Positions 37,024-40,000 of a DNA stretch of 40,000 nucleotides are shown piece after piece (positions within the stretch are counted from its first letter, which is position 1; each line of letters starts with the position of its first letter). The notes under the pieces were generated by a model. It worked only from the letters and a program-made list of their open reading frames with translations. It searched no databases and was not told where the DNA came from. Location of the stretch: NCBI GenBank assembly GCA_963764365.1, contig CAVXSI010000020.1:302873-342872 (forward strand). The letters are read 5' to 3'. The stretch comes from an uncultured Solirubrobacterales bacterium. Its GTDB lineage: Bacteria; Actinomycetota; Thermoleophilia; Solirubrobacterales; 70-9. Made by a program: the position numbers and the translations under genes.

Positions 37024-38597
37024 CCCGCCACCGCCCCCGGCGGCTCGAGCAGGTCGCCCACCGCCTTCAGCAGGGTGCGGGCGTTGAACGGCTTCTCGAT
37101 GAAGTCGCAGTGCTCACTCTCGGTCAGCGCCTGCGGGGCGAGGACTTCGTGGCTGTAGCCGGACATGTAGACGACCCGCAGGTCCGGTCGCAGCTCCCGC
37201 GCCCGCTCGACCAGCTCGGTGCCGAGCATCTCGGGCATGACCACGTCGGTCAGCAGCAGGTCGATCTTCTGCTCGCGGCGGCCGCATATCTCCATGGCCT
37301 CGCTGCCACGCGCCGTCCCGATCACCGCGTAGCCGCCCTTGGCCAGGATCCGTTCGGCCATCCGCCGCACGAATGGCTCATCCTCCACCACCAGCACCAC
37401 CTCGCCGTGCCCGGCCGAGCGGGCGGATCGCGGCGGCGGCGAGGGCGCCGGGACGACCGCGGTCGCCGGCAGGTGGACCTTGACCGTGGTGCCGATTCCC
37501 GGCTCGGAGTAGACGTCGAGCCGACCGCCGGCGCCGGTGACGATCCCGTAGACGGTTGCCAGACCGAGCCCGGTCCCGTCGGGCTTGGTTGTGAAGAAGG
37601 GCTCGAAGGCGCGGTCGGCGGTCTCCGTGTCCATGCCGACCCCGGTGTCGCTGACCTTGAGTCGGACGTAGCGGCCGGGGGCGGTGTCGGGGTGCATGTA
37701 GGCGAACTCGTCGTCCAGTTCGGCATTGTCGGCCTCGATCAGCAGCCGGCCGCCGTCGGGCATCGCATCCCGGGCGTTGACCGAGAGGTTGACCAGCACC
37801 TGCTCGACCTGGCCCGGGTCGGCTTCGATCGCCCACAGCTTCTCGTCGAGCAGGACATCCAGTTCGACCCGCTCGCCGAGCGCCCGGTGCAACAGATTCT
37901 CCAGCTCGCCGATCAGCGCGATCAGGTCGAGCACCTCGGGCTTGACCGTCTCGCGGCGGCTGAAGATCAGCAGCTGCCGGGTCAGCGCCGCCGCGCGCTC
38001 GGCGGCGCGGCGGATCTCCTCGATGTCACCGTGGGCCCGCGAGTCGGGCTCGAGCTCGTCGGCGACGAACTCGGCATAGTTCATGATCACGCCGAGGATG
38101 TTGTTGAAGTCGTGGGCGATGCCGCCAGCGAGCTGACCGACGCTCTCCAGCCGTCGCGCCCGCTGAAGCTCGTCCTGGAGCGCCCTTTCGTGCTCGTTTT
38201 CGGCCCGCTCGCTGATGTCGCGCACGGCGGCGGTGGCGATCGTCTCACCGTCCAGCTCGAGGTGGGAGAGGCTGACCTCGATCGGGAACTCGGCGCCGTC
38301 ACGGCGCAGCGCGAACAGCGCGACCCCGCCGCCCATCGGCCGCGCGCGGGGCGCTTCGAAGAAGCCATGGCGGCGGTCGGTGTGCGCGAGCCGGAAGCGC
38401 TTCGGGACGAGCGTCTCGAGCGTCTCGCCGATCAGCTCGCCGCGTTCGTAGCCGAAGATGACCTCGGCCTGGCGATTGACGAGGACGATCTTGCCGTCGG
38501 ACCCGACGCCGAGGATCGCGTCGGGAACGCATTCGAGAAAATGCTCGAAGGTCGAGCCGGTTCCTTCTGATCTGGTTGAGTCCGGCCCTTCTGGCAC
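37020..38597 (-). CDS. Hybrid sensor histidine kinase (PAS-HisKA-HATPase-REC)
   Basis: PAS domain (ILGVGSDGKIVLVNRQAEVIFGY), H-box GGIAHDFNNIL, N/G boxes NARDAM, DTGVGM and GTGLGL, and a C-terminal REC domain (VLVVEDE...LLLTDVVMPEM). ATGA overlap with the response regulator gene. Confidence 0.93.
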   Translation of the reverse strand: MPEGPDSTRSEGTGSTFEHFLECVPDAILGVGSDGKIVLVNRQAEVIFGYERGELIGETLETLVPKRFRLAHTDRRHGFFEAPRARPMGGGVALFALRRDGAEFPIEVSLSHLELDGETIATAAVRDISERAENEHERALQDELQRARRLESVGQLAGGIAHDFNNILGVIMNYAEFVADELEPDSRAHGDIEEIRRAAERAAALTRQLLIFSRRETVKPEVLDLIALIGELENLLHRALGERVELDVLLDEKLWAIEADPGQVEQVLVNLSVNARDAMPDGGRLLIEADNAELDDEFAYMHPDTAPGRYVRLKVSDTGVGMDTETADRAFEPFFTTKPDGTGLGLATVYGIVTGAGGRLDVYSEPGIGTTVKVHLPATAVVPAPSPPPRSARSAGHGEVVLVVEDEPFVRRMAERILAKGGYAVIGTARGSEAMEICGRREQKIDLLLTDVVMPEMLGTELVERARELRPDLRVVYMSGYSHEVLAPQALTESEHCDFIEKPFNARTLLKAVGDLLEPPGAVAG

Positions 38598-38780
38598 CGG
38601 GGATACCGCCTGTCATCTGCGAGCATTGCTCTGAACACGCTGATTATACGTTTCAATCGCTGAAAATGCTAGTTGGGATTGAATTAAGCCTGAATCGGAT
38701 TAAGTCGTTGGCCGATTTCATTCGAACTCGGGGCCGGGCTTGGCCATCTGGGATGATTGCGCTGCAATTCCCGCAAACGC

Positions 38781-39830
38781 ATGGGCATCTTCAGCTACTT
38801 CACCAGACTCGGCGGCCGCGACATGGCGGTCGACCTCGGCACGGCAAACACCCTCGTCTACGTGCGGGGGCGCGGCATTGTGCTCTCCGAGCCCTCGGTG
38901 GTGGCGATCGACTCGCGCACCGGCCAGGTCCACGCGGTCGGGGTCGAAGCGAAGCGGATGCTGGGGCGGACGCCGGGCTCGATCACCGCGATCCGGCCGC
39001 TGAAGGACGGCGTGATCGCCGACTTCGACGTCACCGAGCAGATGCTGCGGCACTTCATCAAACAGGTCCACTCCAACCGCTTCGCCCACCCGCGGGTGGT
39101 CGTCTGCGTTCCCTCCGGGGTGACCGGGGTGGAGAAGCGGGCGGTCGAGGAGGCCTGCCTCTCGGCCGGCGCCCGCAAGGCCTATCTGATCGAGGAGCCG
39201 ATGGCGGCGGCGATCGGTGCCGGCCTGCCGGTCGCCGAGCCGACCGGCTCGCTGATCGTCGATGTCGGCGGCGGCACCACCGAGGTGGCGGTGATCTCGC
39301 TCGGCGGGATCGTCGTCTCGCAGTCGATCCGCGTCGGCGGCGACGAGCTCGACGAGGCGATCGTCCACCACTGCAAGCAGCGCTACAAGCTGGCGATCGG
39401 CACGCAGACGGCGGAGGAGGTGAAGCTCGAGGCCGGCTCGGCCTCGCAGCTCGCCGAGGAGGTCGAGGTCGAGATCCGCGGGCGCGACCTGGTCTCCGGG
39501 CTGCCGAAGACGATCACGCTCGGGTCGGCCGAGGTGCGCGAGGCGCTCGACGAGCCGATCAGCCACATCGTCGACGCCGTCAAGGACACCCTCGACCGTA
39601 CCCCGCCGGAGCTGGCGGGGGACATCATGGACCGAGGCATTACCCTTGCGGGCGGCGGTGCGCTCCTGCAAGGGCTCGAACAGCGCCTGCGCGACGAGTG
39701 CCAGATGCCCTGCCAGCTGGCAGAGTCGCCGTTGACGTGTGTGGCCGTCGGCTCCGGGATCTCCCTGGAGGAGTTCGAGACCATCCATCGGGCCAGCAAG
39801 ATGAACTCGGGTACGGCGCGCGTTGCTTAG
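38781..39830 (+). CDS. mreB: Rod shape-determining protein MreB
   Basis: [20 protein letters not shown] and [22 protein letters not shown] at 38781 was chosen within ORF 38757..39830. Confidence 0.96.
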   Translation: MGIFSYFTRLGGRDMAVDLGTANTLVYVRGRGIVLSEPSVVAIDSRTGQVHAVGVEAKRMLGRTPGSITAIRPLKDGVIADFDVTEQMLRHFIKQVHSNRFAHPRVVVCVPSGVTGVEKRAVEEACLSAGARKAYLIEEPMAAAIGAGLPVAEPTGSLIVDVGGGTTEVAVISLGGIVVSQSIRVGGDELDEAIVHHCKQRYKLAIGTQTAEEVKLEAGSASQLAEEVEVEIRGRDLVSGLPKTITLGSAEVREALDEPISHIVDAVKDTLDRTPPELAGDIMDRGITLAGGGALLQGLEQRLRDECQMPCQLAESPLTCVAVGSGISLEEFETIHRASKMNSGTARVA

Positions 39831-39868
39831 CCGCCGTTCAGACAAAGCGCCAAACCTAGGGCTCAGCC

Positions 39869-40000
39869 GTGTATCGCAAACAAGTACGCCGCCGTAGAGC
39901 GGTACTGACGCTCCTGATCATCGGGTCCTTCGCCCTGCTGACGGTCACCTACGGGCAGAGCTCCGGTGGCCTGCAGCGGGGCGTCAGCACGGTCTTCGGC
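39869..40000 (+). CDS. mreC: Rod shape-determining protein MreC (5' fragment, runs off window)
   Basis: A GTG start gives VYRKQVRRRRAVLTLLIIGSFALLTVTYGQ..., a basic N-terminus plus a TM helix directly after mreB. The call rests mainly on synteny. Confidence 0.6.
   Translation, partial: MYRKQVRRRRAVLTLLIIGSFALLTVTYGQSSGGLQRGVSTVFG

Overview
Very GC-rich, actinobacterial-type chromosomal segment. GC content was not computed. The assignment rests on gene content and synteny, and a Thermoleophilia/Conexibacter-like origin is only a guess. I saw no rRNA, tRNA, CRISPR array, transposase, integrase or phage genes.

The left half (1-23.2 kb) is accessory-looking. It holds a MacB/FtsX-type ABC exporter, a Sec-signal RTX-like Ca-binding repeat protein, small enzymes and regulators (TetR, methyltransferase, GrpB, two GNATs, SDR), three decayed genes, a secreted FGE/SUMF1-domain protein, a six-bladed beta-propeller gene broken by two frameshifts, a beta-carbonic anhydrase and a GH15 hydrolase. 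It also holds a tightly coupled ArsR + six-gene group-4 [NiFe]-hydrogenase-like module (10.0-17.4 kb).

The right half is conserved housekeeping synteny: ctaG-like, tig, clpP, [2.4 kb insert], clpX, valS, folC, ndk, maf, [hybrid HK + REC-HD-GYP], mreB, mreC.

The observations I consider most worth following up are:
1. The hydrogenase-like module lacks any electron-input subunit and is bracketed by a ~42-47 nt direct repeat.
2. A two-copy ~115 nt structured repeat ('B') has two 100%-identical sequence blocks, while its outer and inner stems differ completely but keep their pairing.
3. A family of AT-rich palindromic hairpins ('A') occurs both intergenically and in-frame inside folC and valS.
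4. All frameshifts and truncations fall in accessory genes, and all housekeeping genes are intact.

All calls come from reading the translations and the DNA by eye. No database search was possible.
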